Positions 20,601-31,500 of a DNA stretch of 60,628 nucleotides are shown here, piece after piece. The DNA lies in IMG/VR virus record IMGVR_UViG_3300010157_000068, positions 1-60,628 of that record. The stretch is one strand, 5' to 3'. The DNA comes from a virus (taxonomy: Duplodnaviria; Caudoviricetes). The first letter of the stretch is position 1. Each line of letters begins with the position of its first letter. The notes beneath the pieces are model-generated. The model ran no database searches and had not been told where the DNA came from. It saw only the letters and a list, made by a program, of their open reading frames with translations. Both the position numbers and the translations under genes were made by a program.

Positions 20601-21974
20601 AGGGTTACCGCTGTAGCTCAGGAGGAGTACAAGGAGGCTCACAGGTACGCTTCGTTAACGTATAGCGGAATATATAATGCAGAGACAAATATAAACAAGC
20701 TAAACGAGTTTAATCTTTCATTGGCTAACTTTAAAGATTTAGAGAAATCTTTCGGACCTGTTAATAGATTGTACGCTAGAAAGACAGATATACTGTCTAT
20801 TCAAGAAGACAAGATATCTTATATACTTGCAGGGAAGAATTTATTGTCTGACTCTGCAGGGGGAGGTCAGATCGCATCAATACCAGAGGTGTTAGGGACT
20901 CAGATATCAAGAATAGAAGACTACGGAATAAGTAGCAATCCTGAGAGTTTTGCGGTTCGAGGTGGTGAGGTTTACTTTACTGATGCGAAGAGGGATGCTG
21001 TAATAAATCTTAGGGGAGGGTCTGCTCAAGCAGACGCGCTAAATGTTATATCTGACTCAGGCCTAAAGTACTGGTTCAGAGATGAATTCAAAAATACGTT
21101 AAGGTTTCAGAAGATAGGAGGATTTGATCCGTACATGAACGAATACGTGCTATCTATAAACAATATATTACTGCCTTACAATGAGGACGTATATAATTGC
21201 GGAGTGACTATATCTCAGCAGCAGTTTTCTGGAACATACTCATTTAGATTAAACCTTAAGAGCACAGTGGGGATCGTAGTATTTAATTATAGCTTCTCTA
21301 CAGGCGGGGCTGATTTACTTGTAAAATATAACGGAACAAACGTCATTAATCAGGCGATATCAGGAACCGGTTCTGCATCGTTCAACAAGACAACAGTTTA
21401 CCCAGACTATGTAGAGGTGACTGTATCATCTGATGATTTGTCTTCGTTTATAATGACTCCTAACTGTCCAGTATCCGATGAGATAACGGTCGTCAGAGTT
21501 GTTGTCAACTCAGAAAGTTACGCACCAGACACGATACACAATAGCTACAGATGGGAGCTAGGATCGTTTGTTAGTCCTTACAGTACTGACTTTATTATCC
21601 TACAGAACGATACGATCTCTCTTTATGATGCAGATACAAACATGAATTCTGTTGGTGTATTTCCTGCATTTGGAAGCACTGTATATATGGATTCAACTAA
21701 ACTTAACGGAGACACGTTTACATTTGATTATGGAGCCCACTCGTTTAGATATCTTGTTTCTGATGACTTATATCTGGAGTCAGACATACCTGATCTACTA
21801 TTAGATGCTATGCCTGTAACACCTATATTAAATCCATCAACAGGAAGGTATGTATCGTCCTTTGTATACGACAATCCTACTTCTAAGCAGTACTTGTATA
21901 TGATTTGGGATTACAGAGCTCCAGATTACACACACTTAGATTATGATCCTACAGATTACGCAACAACATATTAA
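17625..21974 (+). CDS. Tail muzzle / stabilisation protein (tubular-B-like), N-terminal and main part
   Basis: MNKSYDER..P.GEYIDALN start, beta-propeller-type motifs, YGISSNPESFA...YFTDAKR...IGGFDPY. Confidence 0.7.
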   Translation: MDINNNFLKGRMNKSYDERVIPEGEYIDALNIRIGSTENNSVGAIENSLGNTKLTSITYNGGALSNAARCIGVFEDGSNETLYWFICDPGNVDLILSYNANSGVIKYHVISTSVLNFDLKYLINSINKVDNLLFFTDGLNPPRKINIDRNYPNPVAGVDSITEDDILVIVAPPTESPVVNFVNTPGEENYITERFISFAYRYKYKDNEYSALSQFSTVAFEPGDFELDYSTYTNKSMQNLFNTINVEFNTGGENVIGIDLCFKLSDTSIVNVIERYNKQEQGWSDNVTRSVLFNNRKIYTALPSSELTRLYDNVPRTADSQTVMGNRLIYGNYVDGYDIDTTLDYSLDLVSETIGYHEIPYELGNGIDYTIDPLNTITSNNSAVSIDLTGLELKEGSLLSMSFSLLHGTFSGYPDYNDPPTSPAPLNEFQYNFIFTLRQDYASVYELANSDEFVNAIYTHNPYASACDGFSITDNFNCSIVSKGVFPPFTTGWDDVASGITGPDGGFTITSSIGSNILQIQVPAVKFKIEDPDNPGTYFYAYEYFFNSTFSAAFSKIGARQSLHSNRDYEVAIVYADNYLRSSTALVNNMNTVFVPASASEKKNYIVATINNLAPSWATRYKFVIKPSKTNYEIIYTNQFYVDDANLTWFKLEGENISKVKMDDVLIVKSDTNGVLNDLIKTKVLEVKAQSSNFITGNKTDTNQEIIEPAGVYMALKTSNFAAEYKPNSYIDFGNKQTGETTVYPCYIDNPNYDSGTPPGPTNQPFVPYDIPAGSRVNIRISLDRNGRGSRCGSSHYLFDKTFIASQNYDNIFDFVNGDHINFASGTYSGGEDPNDNYQNRTLEVFYPNCIGGTSCHLPFNQGLNQYEFQQNPDNGALYLVVTTGQPSCNGINLKSSITSIHITVQRAESLLVFETEALDSDGEIYFEGSDSFHIENRLHMSGDKDGDQNQSSTVVPAIVTLNFFNCYSFGNGVESYKVNDSITGAPLYLGSRVTAVAQEEYKEAHRYASLTYSGIYNAETNINKLNEFNLSLANFKDLEKSFGPVNRLYARKTDILSIQEDKISYILAGKNLLSDSAGGGQIASIPEVLGTQISRIEDYGISSNPESFAVRGGEVYFTDAKRDAVINLRGGSAQADALNVISDSGLKYWFRDEFKNTLRFQKIGGFDPYMNEYVLSINNILLPYNEDVYNCGVTISQQQFSGTYSFRLNLKSTVGIVVFNYSFSTGGADLLVKYNGTNVINQAISGTGSASFNKTTVYPDYVEVTVSSDDLSSFIMTPNCPVSDEITVVRVVVNSESYAPDTIHNSYRWELGSFVSPYSTDFIILQNDTISLYDADTNMNSVGVFPAFGSTVYMDSTKLNGDTFTFDYGAHSFRYLVSDDLYLESDIPDLLLDAMPVTPILNPSTGRYVSSFVYDNPTSKQYLYMIWDYRAPDYTHLDYDPTDYATTY

Positions 21975-21985
21975 AACATAAAGAA

Positions 21986-22411
21986 ATGACATACGCTGAA
22001 ATTTTAACACTGATAAATACAAACCTTGCAAGCGGAACAAATATAACCGCTGCCGAACATAGAGCTGTAGAGATAGCTCTGCTTAATTACTCTCAAGCAA
22101 AGAGCAACTATGTTGGATATATAACTGGATTTAATGTAGGCGCATCCGGAAGCTTTACTGTCGGAGGAGGTTTAGTATCTGCGGTAGGAGATGGCTTGAG
22201 TACATTATGTACCATAGCTAATCCTATGCCTAGTACTAATTACATGGTTAAGATATACATAGAGAGCTTAGGAGACGCTAATAAAGACTTTGGTATATTC
22301 ACTCCTTCATTTAAAAAGGTAAATACTACTCAGTTTTACCTTGTATTAGGAGAGCCTGGTCCTTATGATCAAAACTTAAGAATTCACTTTGAAGTTGTAT
22401 CTTTAGATTAA
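21986..22411 (+). CDS. Short fibre-tip or lectin-like structural protein
   Basis: ITAAEHRAV anchor-type motif and a beta-rich C-terminus. Confidence 0.45.
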   Translation: MTYAEILTLINTNLASGTNITAAEHRAVEIALLNYSQAKSNYVGYITGFNVGASGSFTVGGGLVSAVGDGLSTLCTIANPMPSTNYMVKIYIESLGDANKDFGIFTPSFKKVNTTQFYLVLGEPGPYDQNLRIHFEVVSLD

Positions 22412-22413
22412 CA

Positions 22414-23193
22414 ATGGAGAAAACACTTTCATATAGCGAACAGGCACAGGGGTGGACGTCATTCTTCTCGTACATACCAGATATGATGATAGGGATGAAC
22501 TCTTATTTTTATTCGTTCAAGAATGGAGACCTGTACAGACACAATTCAAACGTGTCAAGGAATACGTTTTACAAGGAGTGGTTTGATAAGATAAATCAGC
22601 CATTATTAGCGTACAATCCTTCAACAGTAACGGCGGTCTTTAATATTGAGCCCATGACTGTAAAGACATTTAAGACAATAGCCACATACGGAAGCGATCC
22701 TTGGGACTGCATAATAAATACAGATATGTCTACAGGGTCTATAAGCTCGTCATACTTTGAACAAAAGGAGGGGAACTGGTTCGCTTACATAAGGAATGAC
22801 GACGGAGATGATAACCTGAAACTAAGGTCAGCACAGGGTGTGGGATCTGTGACTACGGTTACACTTCCGGGCACGTCGGCTACTAAGCTTAAGTTTAACT
22901 TTAATATTGGAACAATAGTTAGTATAGGTGACGCGGCATATAAGTACGAATCTGGAACGCTTAAGCCAATTGGAAACGTAGTAGGATTCGGGGTTGACTT
23001 TATAACTATAAACAACAGTTCGCCAGGATTATTCACTCCGGTAGATGATGATTATATACTATACATAAAAAATAGCGTGGCCGAGTCAAACGGAGCACGA
23101 GGTTATTATATGCAGTATAAGCTAGAGAACTATTCAACATCAAGGGTAGAGCTTTTCTCTGTAAAATCAAACATATTCAAAAGCTATCCTTAA
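22414..23193 (+). CDS. Tail muzzle C-terminal-like protein
   Basis: TLSYSE...GWTSFFSY.P...KTFKTI...KEGNWFAYI...ARGYYM motifs. Confidence 0.55.
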   Translation: MEKTLSYSEQAQGWTSFFSYIPDMMIGMNSYFYSFKNGDLYRHNSNVSRNTFYKEWFDKINQPLLAYNPSTVTAVFNIEPMTVKTFKTIATYGSDPWDCIINTDMSTGSISSSYFEQKEGNWFAYIRNDDGDDNLKLRSAQGVGSVTTVTLPGTSATKLKFNFNIGTIVSIGDAAYKYESGTLKPIGNVVGFGVDFITINNSSPGLFTPVDDDYILYIKNSVAESNGARGYYMQYKLENYSTSRVELFSVKSNIFKSYP

Positions 23194-23199
23194 AATTAT

Positions 23200-23207
23200 T
23201 ATCTTTG
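23200..23207 (+). promoter_or_regulatory. -7 promoter element TATCTTTG (cargo operon)
   Basis: Consensus match 17 nt before the ATG at 23224. Confidence 0.7.
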
Positions 23208-23223
23208 TAAAATATATTAATGT

Positions 23224-24000
23224 ATGTCAGGAATTTATTCAACATCAGATTCTCCATTAGGCGTGTTAAATTTAGGTAATGACGGAATGTCATCCGCCGC
23301 ATCTGGATTTTCAAAAGCCTTGCCATTTATAGGCTTAGGTCTTAGCGCTATAGATACAGTAATGTCATTCACGGAGGCTGGAAAAGCAGAAGACGCTAGA
23401 AAGGCTGCTGAAAGAGAGGCTGCAAGACAGGCCGCAGAACATTTAAGACTACTAGAGCAGAATAGATACGAAGCCTTACAGGCTCCAACAGAGGCATACA
23501 ACAAGGCGTTTATGGCCAATACCGCTGCAGCAGCTAACGCTGTAGATGCTTTGAGTCAGGACCCTAGGACTCTAATAGGCGCTGTTCAAGGAGTTCAAAA
23601 CTCTACAGTAGATGCAAACGCTAGACAACAAGAGCAGTTAGCAGATAGGATCTATAACATGGACGTAATGAAGGCTGGGGCGGCTACTGCACAGAATGAT
23701 AAGTTAGCACAGTTTGCCGGAGAGCAGGCTCAAGGTGCTCAAATAGCAGCTATGGCGGCACAGAAGGCTCAGATCGCACAAGAACAGGCAGGCCTTCAAG
23801 GGATTGGAAACATGATAACTCAGGGAGCTGGAATGGTCGGAACGTACGGAAAAATGGCTACTAACGAGGATAACTTATCCGGCCTTTTATCTGCAGTTTC
23901 AGGGACTGGTTTTTCAAAGCCTGATGCTACATCAGGAATCGATCCTAACATAATGGCTGCATTTGCTCAATTCATGAAAATATACAAACCACAAGGATAA
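23224..24000 (+). CDS. Internal virion / ejection protein
   Basis: A/Q/G-rich helical protein with a hydrophobic patch, first of three cargo-like genes. Confidence 0.6.
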   Translation: MSGIYSTSDSPLGVLNLGNDGMSSAASGFSKALPFIGLGLSAIDTVMSFTEAGKAEDARKAAEREAARQAAEHLRLLEQNRYEALQAPTEAYNKAFMANTAAAANAVDALSQDPRTLIGAVQGVQNSTVDANARQQEQLADRIYNMDVMKAGAATAQNDKLAQFAGEQAQGAQIAAMAAQKAQIAQEQAGLQGIGNMITQGAGMVGTYGKMATNEDNLSGLLSAVSGTGFSKPDATSGIDPNIMAAFAQFMKIYKPQG

Positions 24001-24003
24001 TCT

Positions 24004-25563
24004 ATGCCAAGCTATTATAAATATCAGAACCCCTCAGAAATAGGGGCAGCACCTACTCTTGACTGGGGATCCGTAATTAATAATGTAAACGAGACTCTTC
24101 AGAAGCAGGAGCAGCAACGCTACGAAAATAGAGAGGCCGATAAAAAGTTAAGTAACGATATCCTAACAAAGGTAAATGAACTTAATTTAACATCAGACCC
24201 TAACGCCAATGCTTTAATAACCAATATGGCTTATGAGGCAAAGGATAATTTATTTGCTCTTAATAAAAAACTAAGAGAGGGTAAAATATCAAGATCTGAT
24301 TTCAATATACTTAGCCAAAATACATCAGCAAGCATAGGCCAGTTAAATCAGTTTTCTAAATCTTATGGAGCTGACTACGACAAGTATCTTAAGGATGTTC
24401 AGGAAGGAAAGACGTCTGCTTATGCAGATTTTATGCAGAAATGGAAGGGAGGATTTCAAAACTTTAAAAATAAAAAGCTGATACATAGCCCTACAGATGG
24501 CAGGCTATACGTTGCTGAAGTAGGAGAGGATGGAAAGGTAAAGGAGGGGCCGCTTGGAATGGTTCCGATATCCAGCTTAGTTGAGGTGAAAAACTTTGAT
24601 GACAAGAAGATCGATCTTCTTGCTGAAACAAATAGATACGCTGCTCAGTTGAAACCGTTTGTAGAACTAATGAGGTCTAAAGGAGTAGAATCCAGAGAAG
24701 CTCTTGACCAGATGCCTGGATTCCAAGACTTCGTAAACAACACTACGGAAGCTATCGCTAAGAATGAAAAGGGTTACGCAAGCATACTGACCGATACAGA
24801 TGGAACATATAAAATAACAGGAGAGGGTGATTCTTCAGGTAAAAATATAGGTCTTAAAAATAATGGAGCTGGGGAGATGATTCCTGTTATAGACGACTCT
24901 ATGAAGGGGAGAACAAGGGAGCTTGTAAAGCAGTTTCTTATAGCTCAGACAGGTATTAAAGAAGAAGGGACTAAACAGTTTGCTCCTACACAGCCTAGGG
25001 CAGCTAAAGCTGGAACTCCTCCTAAATATACTCCGGAAGTTAGTGAAGTATCTGTATTAAAAGATCCAGGGACAAAACAAGTAAGAGGAGTATCTATAAA
25101 TGTTTCAGGTGTGGTCATACCTGTTTCAAAAGGAATAGAGGAAAGAGTAGATAGTGTTGCATACGATCAGGGTAAGCTAAGAATGAAGCTTACTAAGGTG
25201 GCTGGCACAGAAACAAATGAGTTAACCACTGGATCAGAAGATGCAGGAGGAACTGTTAAGGTTGGAGAAGGAAAGAAAGATATAAAAGAAACTACTAGAT
25301 TTATAACTACAGATAAGGAAAATGCGCAATTTTCTTTACGTATAAAACAGGTTCCTTACCCTGGTAAAGATAGAAACTTTAGAAGTATTAAAGAGGCCGA
25401 AGATTTCTTTAAGAGTCAGTATAGACAACAAGGAGGTGCAAGTAGCACCGCATCCTCTTCAAGCAAAACAATAAGTCAGGACGACTTTAATGCTAAATGG
25501 TCTAAATTAAAAAAGGGACAGACTCTAGTTGGTCCTGATGGTAACACATATACAAAAGGATAA
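24004..25563 (+). CDS. Internal virion / ejection protein
   Basis: 519 aa, synteny. Confidence 0.55.
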   Translation: MPSYYKYQNPSEIGAAPTLDWGSVINNVNETLQKQEQQRYENREADKKLSNDILTKVNELNLTSDPNANALITNMAYEAKDNLFALNKKLREGKISRSDFNILSQNTSASIGQLNQFSKSYGADYDKYLKDVQEGKTSAYADFMQKWKGGFQNFKNKKLIHSPTDGRLYVAEVGEDGKVKEGPLGMVPISSLVEVKNFDDKKIDLLAETNRYAAQLKPFVELMRSKGVESREALDQMPGFQDFVNNTTEAIAKNEKGYASILTDTDGTYKITGEGDSSGKNIGLKNNGAGEMIPVIDDSMKGRTRELVKQFLIAQTGIKEEGTKQFAPTQPRAAKAGTPPKYTPEVSEVSVLKDPGTKQVRGVSINVSGVVIPVSKGIEERVDSVAYDQGKLRMKLTKVAGTETNELTTGSEDAGGTVKVGEGKKDIKETTRFITTDKENAQFSLRIKQVPYPGKDRNFRSIKEAEDFFKSQYRQQGGASSTASSSSKTISQDDFNAKWSKLKKGQTLVGPDGNTYTKG

Positions 25564-25566
25564 TCC

Positions 25567-28500
25567 ATGCCAGATAATAAATTTATTCCGCCATCTGATG
25601 CGGTAGAAGTAAAAAAGAACAGTAAGTTTGTTCCACCATCTGATGCGGTAGAAGTAAAAAAAAAAGAGTCTTCAGAACCTACTGGACAAAAAAAACCTTT
25701 GGAGTCAGCTACGAAAGCAGTGGCTCAAAGTGCTTCGTCGGATACCGAGCCACCGACAAGGGCTCAGGTTTCGGTTTCTTTAGGTGGACCTACTAAGTTA
25801 TTCGAAAAGCAGCCGGATCAGCATCCGGAATCTGTAATGTATGGAGACGGGATTAAACAACCTGAGCTGTTGGTCCCAAGTAAACCTATTGATTTAAAGC
25901 AAAAAAAATACTACAGGGTAGTTGCTGACGAGAGAAGAGATGTTAAAAATACTATATCTGCGTTAGAGAGTAGAAATAGAGAGTTAGGAAGGAGTGAAGA
26001 AAACCTTCAGAATGAGGGTACATACCAGTATTTAAAAAATAAGGAGGAGCAGTTAGATGCAGAGTTTAAGCCTGCAGAGATGGCTGTTAAGGAGATTCAA
26101 AAGCACTCTGGAGTTTGGACTAGGCCAATTGAAAGCCTTGTTAGCTCTGCTACAGAAGGTAAATACTCTTTAGTTAACACAGAGACTATAAACCTAAACA
26201 AGGATGTAGAAGACAAACTTATAGATACATTTGATAATGCTCCGGAAGAGATGAAGCAGAAATGGTATAAGGGGCAACTCCCTTTAGATCAGAAAGAGCA
26301 CATAATAAACGTAGCTAAAACAGATGTACTAAATGAGTCCTACAAAGGGTTAAAAAACGATGTGTCTGATTTTGTTAAAAATATAAAGGATAACCCTAAT
26401 ATATCAACACAAGATAAGTTAATAGTTAAAGAAAAACTAAAGGCTAAAAGTGACGCGTTTAACGCTCAGGTAGCCATGGACTTTTCAGATAATTTATTAA
26501 AGAATAACTTCAAAGCCACAGAAGAGAATAAAAACCTAGACGAGGCAATAGCTAAAAAATATAAGGGATTCCTTCCAGACACGCTTGACTTTGTTTCCAG
26601 GCTAGGAGAGGGAATAATAAATACAGGGGGAAAGGCACTGACAGGTATTGGGACGATGGCGTTATTAGGAGCCGAAAGGTTTAATCAAATTACAGGAGCG
26701 TCCAATGCCGATGATTATACTCCTATAGAGGCTACTCTTGACTTAATTAATGATACTACAAACTATAACTGGCTTCCTAGCTCTAAAACTAAAGAAGGTA
26801 ATATATTAGATGACAAAGGAAATTTAAACCTTAGTTACAAATCTATAACTAGAACTCTAGCAGACACTCTTCCGTTCACTATGCAAATAATGAACGACGT
26901 TAAGAAGGGTAGGATAGAAGGATCTCCTCAGTCAATGATCTCTCAGTTAATAAACCCTAAGAATAGTAAAGAATTTGCCGATAAAATAAAGGTAGTTGAG
27001 ACAGCTTATAAAGTTACGATTGGCGACAACTATAGAGAGGCTAAGGGCATGGGAATGGATGATTCTAAAGCATTTACATACGCCAATATAATGTCTCTAG
27101 CTGAAGGTGTTTCTGAGAATATAATGCCTGACTTTAAATACTTTGATTCTGTCGCAGGATCAACAATTAAAGATGTATTTAAAGGAAATTTAAAGAGCGC
27201 TGCTACAAAACAGGCGGTTAAAAATGTTACAAAAGAATTTTTTAAAGATATAGCATCGGAGATAGGAGAGGAAGAATTTTCCTTAGCTGTAGAGGATGGG
27301 CTTAAGTATTCTTTGTTATTAAACCACCCTAACTCTGAGTTCTTTAATATAAAGCGCCAAAAGGAGTTAATAGCATCTACAGCTATCATGTCCGGAGCCA
27401 CAGGACTAAGATATGCGCCTGAAAAAATAAAACAGAACAGGACTGATATTTATAGAGAAGTATACAATAACATTGGAGATCTTCAAGACTCGTTTAATTC
27501 AGAGATAAACTCTCCTTTGAACGATGATAAAACAAAAGAATCTCTTAAGGTAGCTTATAATTTTGCTTCTGATATATCAAATGCTATAGCCAAATCTCCA
27601 GAGAATGTTACGGCAGACCAGATAGATCTACTAGTTCAAAAGGATAAGCTAGAAGGGAAGAAGAAGGCTATGGACCCAGCCTTTCACCCAGACATAAACA
27701 AAGAGATAGCTGATATAGACGCTAAGATAAGAGAGATGTCTAATATTCCTGCTGAGGTTGCGGCTCCTGCAGTCTCAGAGGTGACTGCTATTCAACAAGA
27801 AATAACTCCTACACCAATGTTAACAGAAGAAGACAAGTCTGCTGTTAAGTCAGGCCAGAAGGTATCTGATGTACTGAACAGACCTGCCGTACTTGAGTCA
27901 TTCGGCGGTAGTAAGTTAGATTCTCCTGTAGAGGGTGATGTATATCAGGAGGGCCATAGAGTCATATTTGAAGACAAGAATAAGAAGACTTATGATCTTG
28001 GTAATATTGATGAGATATCAGATAGCACCGTAGAAGATTTAGGCCTTAAACCTCAGGAGCAGTTAATGAGTGTGAAGCCTGTTGAAATAAAGGTTGAGAG
28101 CAATGAAGATTTAGACTCTAAGAAGTCTGATATAGAAAGAAGACGTAATGATGAACTCGCTGTTTTAAATGCTAGAATAAAAGCTGCTGAAAAGGAAGGA
28201 AGGATACCTGTTGATGAAAATGGAAATGGAATAAGAGGTAAGGAAGAGATTCAAAAAATCAATGCTAAATATGATGCAGAACTAGAAGCGTTAAAATCTA
28301 AAAAAACTCCTAAAGGAATATCTCCAGAGACATCATCTAACGTGGCGAATATGACGCAGGACGCTAATGGAAACTACGTATTCTATCATGTATCTCATAA
28401 TACTTTGGATACTATAGATCCTAGCAAGCACGGGACTAATCCTGCTGGAGTTACATCTTCCACAGAGAAGGCAGCTATATCGAGAGTCGGAGGTGTATCA

Positions 28501-31500
28501 ATGTATTATCCTGCCGAGAACGCTACTGAGCATATGGTAAAGGGAAACATGCACATGGTAAAGGTTCCGGAGGCTGAGGTGTATGATTTTAATTCAGATC
28601 CTTTAAACTTAATAGAAGAGGCTAGAAAAAGATTTGAAGAAGAACATCCTAATCTTCCATTTACGCCTAACGATCAGTTTGCTCAGGTTACTAAAATAGC
28701 TAATGAGAAGGGATACAAGATGGTTGTTGGTGAATGGAATGGTGGTACTAGAGCTCAAACGACGGAGGCAATGAATCCTATTGACGTTAAAGAAATGAGT
28801 GGAGACACTATCGTTAAACCATTTCAAGAACAGCTTACTAGCAATAAGGATAAGGGATATAAATCTGTTATTCCAGAGGCTAAAGAGGCTAGACTAAAAG
28901 CGGTTTATGATGAGATTCATAACGAAAGAAACAAGCAAAATAAGTACGACTCCTTGTATCATTTAGCAGCAAGTGACTTATCAAAAATGCCTCAGGAGGA
29001 GATAACTAAAATGATTGAGGAGTCAGACCTTTCTCAAGAGACTAAAGATAAGTACGCTGAGGCTCTTAAGTATGAGCCGGAGCAGAGAAGATCAGAGGCC
29101 CCTAAGGAGCCAGAATCTGTAGAGCACAACGGAATAAAATACACAAAAAACGAGAACGGGAACTGGGTTAATGAGAAGACGGGTAATGAAGTAAAAGGAA
29201 TAGGTGATAAAGGGAAGGAGCTTGTAAAAACTCTTGACGGACTTGTAGAGCCTAAATATGAAAGGACTGATAATGTAAAGATAGAAGGAGCTCCAGAAGG
29301 AAACTATGTAAACATAGGTATGAACATTGGGACCACAGATGAGGTGATGTCTGAACAAGAAATAGAATCCATGCTTCCAGAAGATGTAGATGTTGTAGAG
29401 AAGGACGTTAAGGAGGTAAAAAGCGTTTTGGATGGAAAAGAAAACGTAGAGAAGACTATGTCATTAAGGCTGTCTAGGCCACTTACTGATACCGAGATGA
29501 AGAAGCTCTTGAAAGATACTAAGCAAAAAGCTATTCCTCAGATGGTAGAAGGTGAAGGAGCTATGCATGGTACTAAAGAGTGGGGAGATTTTAATCCTGA
29601 ATACTTCCACATGCCTGACGGAAAACTTCTTTCTGAAAAATTAGCTAAGCCTGCAGAGGTAAAAGAATCTACAAAAAGTAAGTTGGAAGCTTTTAAGCAA
29701 AAACATATAAATAAGCCAGTGTTTGATAAGGAGAAATTAAAATCTCAAGTTGAAAACGCTAAGAAATCTATTGCTAAAATACTGCCTAATGTTAAGATAG
29801 TGGTTCATGATAATCCTGATTCATTTATACTAGAGACAGGTAAAAATGCGAGTGGATTTTACGAAACAGAGACTGGAACTATACATATTAATGCGTCTAG
29901 AGCTAACGCTAGAACAGTCGCACATGAGGTTTTTCATGCAGTACTTTTTGAAAAGTTAAAAACAGAGTCTAGTGTGAGAGACTTGACTAAAAAAATGGTC
30001 TCTGCAATATCAAGAACTCTTGACTCTAATCCTGAATTAAAAAAACAACTTGATGATTTTATATCTGATTACGATAGCAATGTTCATAACGAAGAGAAAA
30101 TGTCTGAGCTTTTTGGGCATCTTGTTGATGGATATGAAGGATTCGATGCTACAGCTAAATCATTAGTCAAGAAATTCATAGATCGAATAGCTACTATGTT
30201 TGGATTAAAGCCATTCACAGAGGGAGACGTAGTGGATATGCTTAAGACTATTGCCGGAAAAGTTTCTACTGGAGAAGAAATAGTTAGTAAGGATGTGAAA
30301 ATAATCAAACCTGCTAAAATAGATATTAAGGGTAATTTAGAAAAACCTAGTATAAAATCTAAAGATAACTTAGAGTCTAAAAAATATCAATTAACTGAAG
30401 ATACTAAATCAGAGGTTAAAAAAGGAAGTATTGTAAGTACTAGAACTCCTGATATTGAAGGAGTACATAAGACTAATAATAATATTGTAGATTTAAAATC
30501 ATTAGAAAAAGATGATGCATTAGTTATAAAAATAGCTAAAGAATTATCCAGTTATGGTCTATCAAAAATAGAAGAGGTAAATAATATTAATGATGCAAGA
30601 AATTTAATACAAGACTTTAAAAACTCTGTAAAGGATAATCTTAGGTTTTTACACGATAGTTTTGGAAAAGAAGTAAGAGATGTAGCTAAGTTATGGTATG
30701 ATGGAGCTAATAAAATATCTAATGAAATAGCTGATAAGTATAATTATTCAACAGATCAAGTTGCAGGAGTAATGGCTGTTCTTAGTCCTCAAATGGATTG
30801 GTTTAGAAACTTGTCTTTAGGTAAGAGGGTTATAGATATATATAAAAACCAACAAGATACATTGTTTGATTCTAAAATGAGGTCTTGGATTGAAAATTCT
30901 ACTAGCGGAACTGGTAAAAATAAAAAAGAATTATTCCCTAACTCAAAAGAAATTATTAAAAGAGTTGATGGTAAAAAATTATCAGAACTTGACATAAAAG
31001 ATAAAGCAATATTTATAAGATCTTATGACGAAGTGTATAATTCTAAAAACTATGAAAATATTTCTCCTAATGGAGAGGTTAATGGATTAGTTAGAAATTC
31101 AAATGGAAGTCCTGGTGCTTGTGGATGGGGAGCTTTTTCTACTATAGAAAAATCAATATCTATACTAGAAGATGGATCTATAGAAAATATATCTAAAAAC
31201 CTTGGTAATATGCACAAGGTTAGAAACTTTTTTAATAACATATCTGATCCTAGCGATCCTAATGCGGTAACTATAGATACGCATGCTGTAGCAGCTGGAT
31301 TAATGCTTCCATTATCTGGATCTTCAAAAGAAGTATTATATAATTTTGGAGGAGCTTCTAGTAAATCAACTGGATCTAAAGGATCATATCCTGTATATGC
31401 AGATGCTTATAGAGAACTAGCTAAAGAATTAGGAATACTACCTAGAGAGTTACAATCAATAACTTGGGAGGCTGTTAGAGGTTTATTCAAGGCTGATTTT

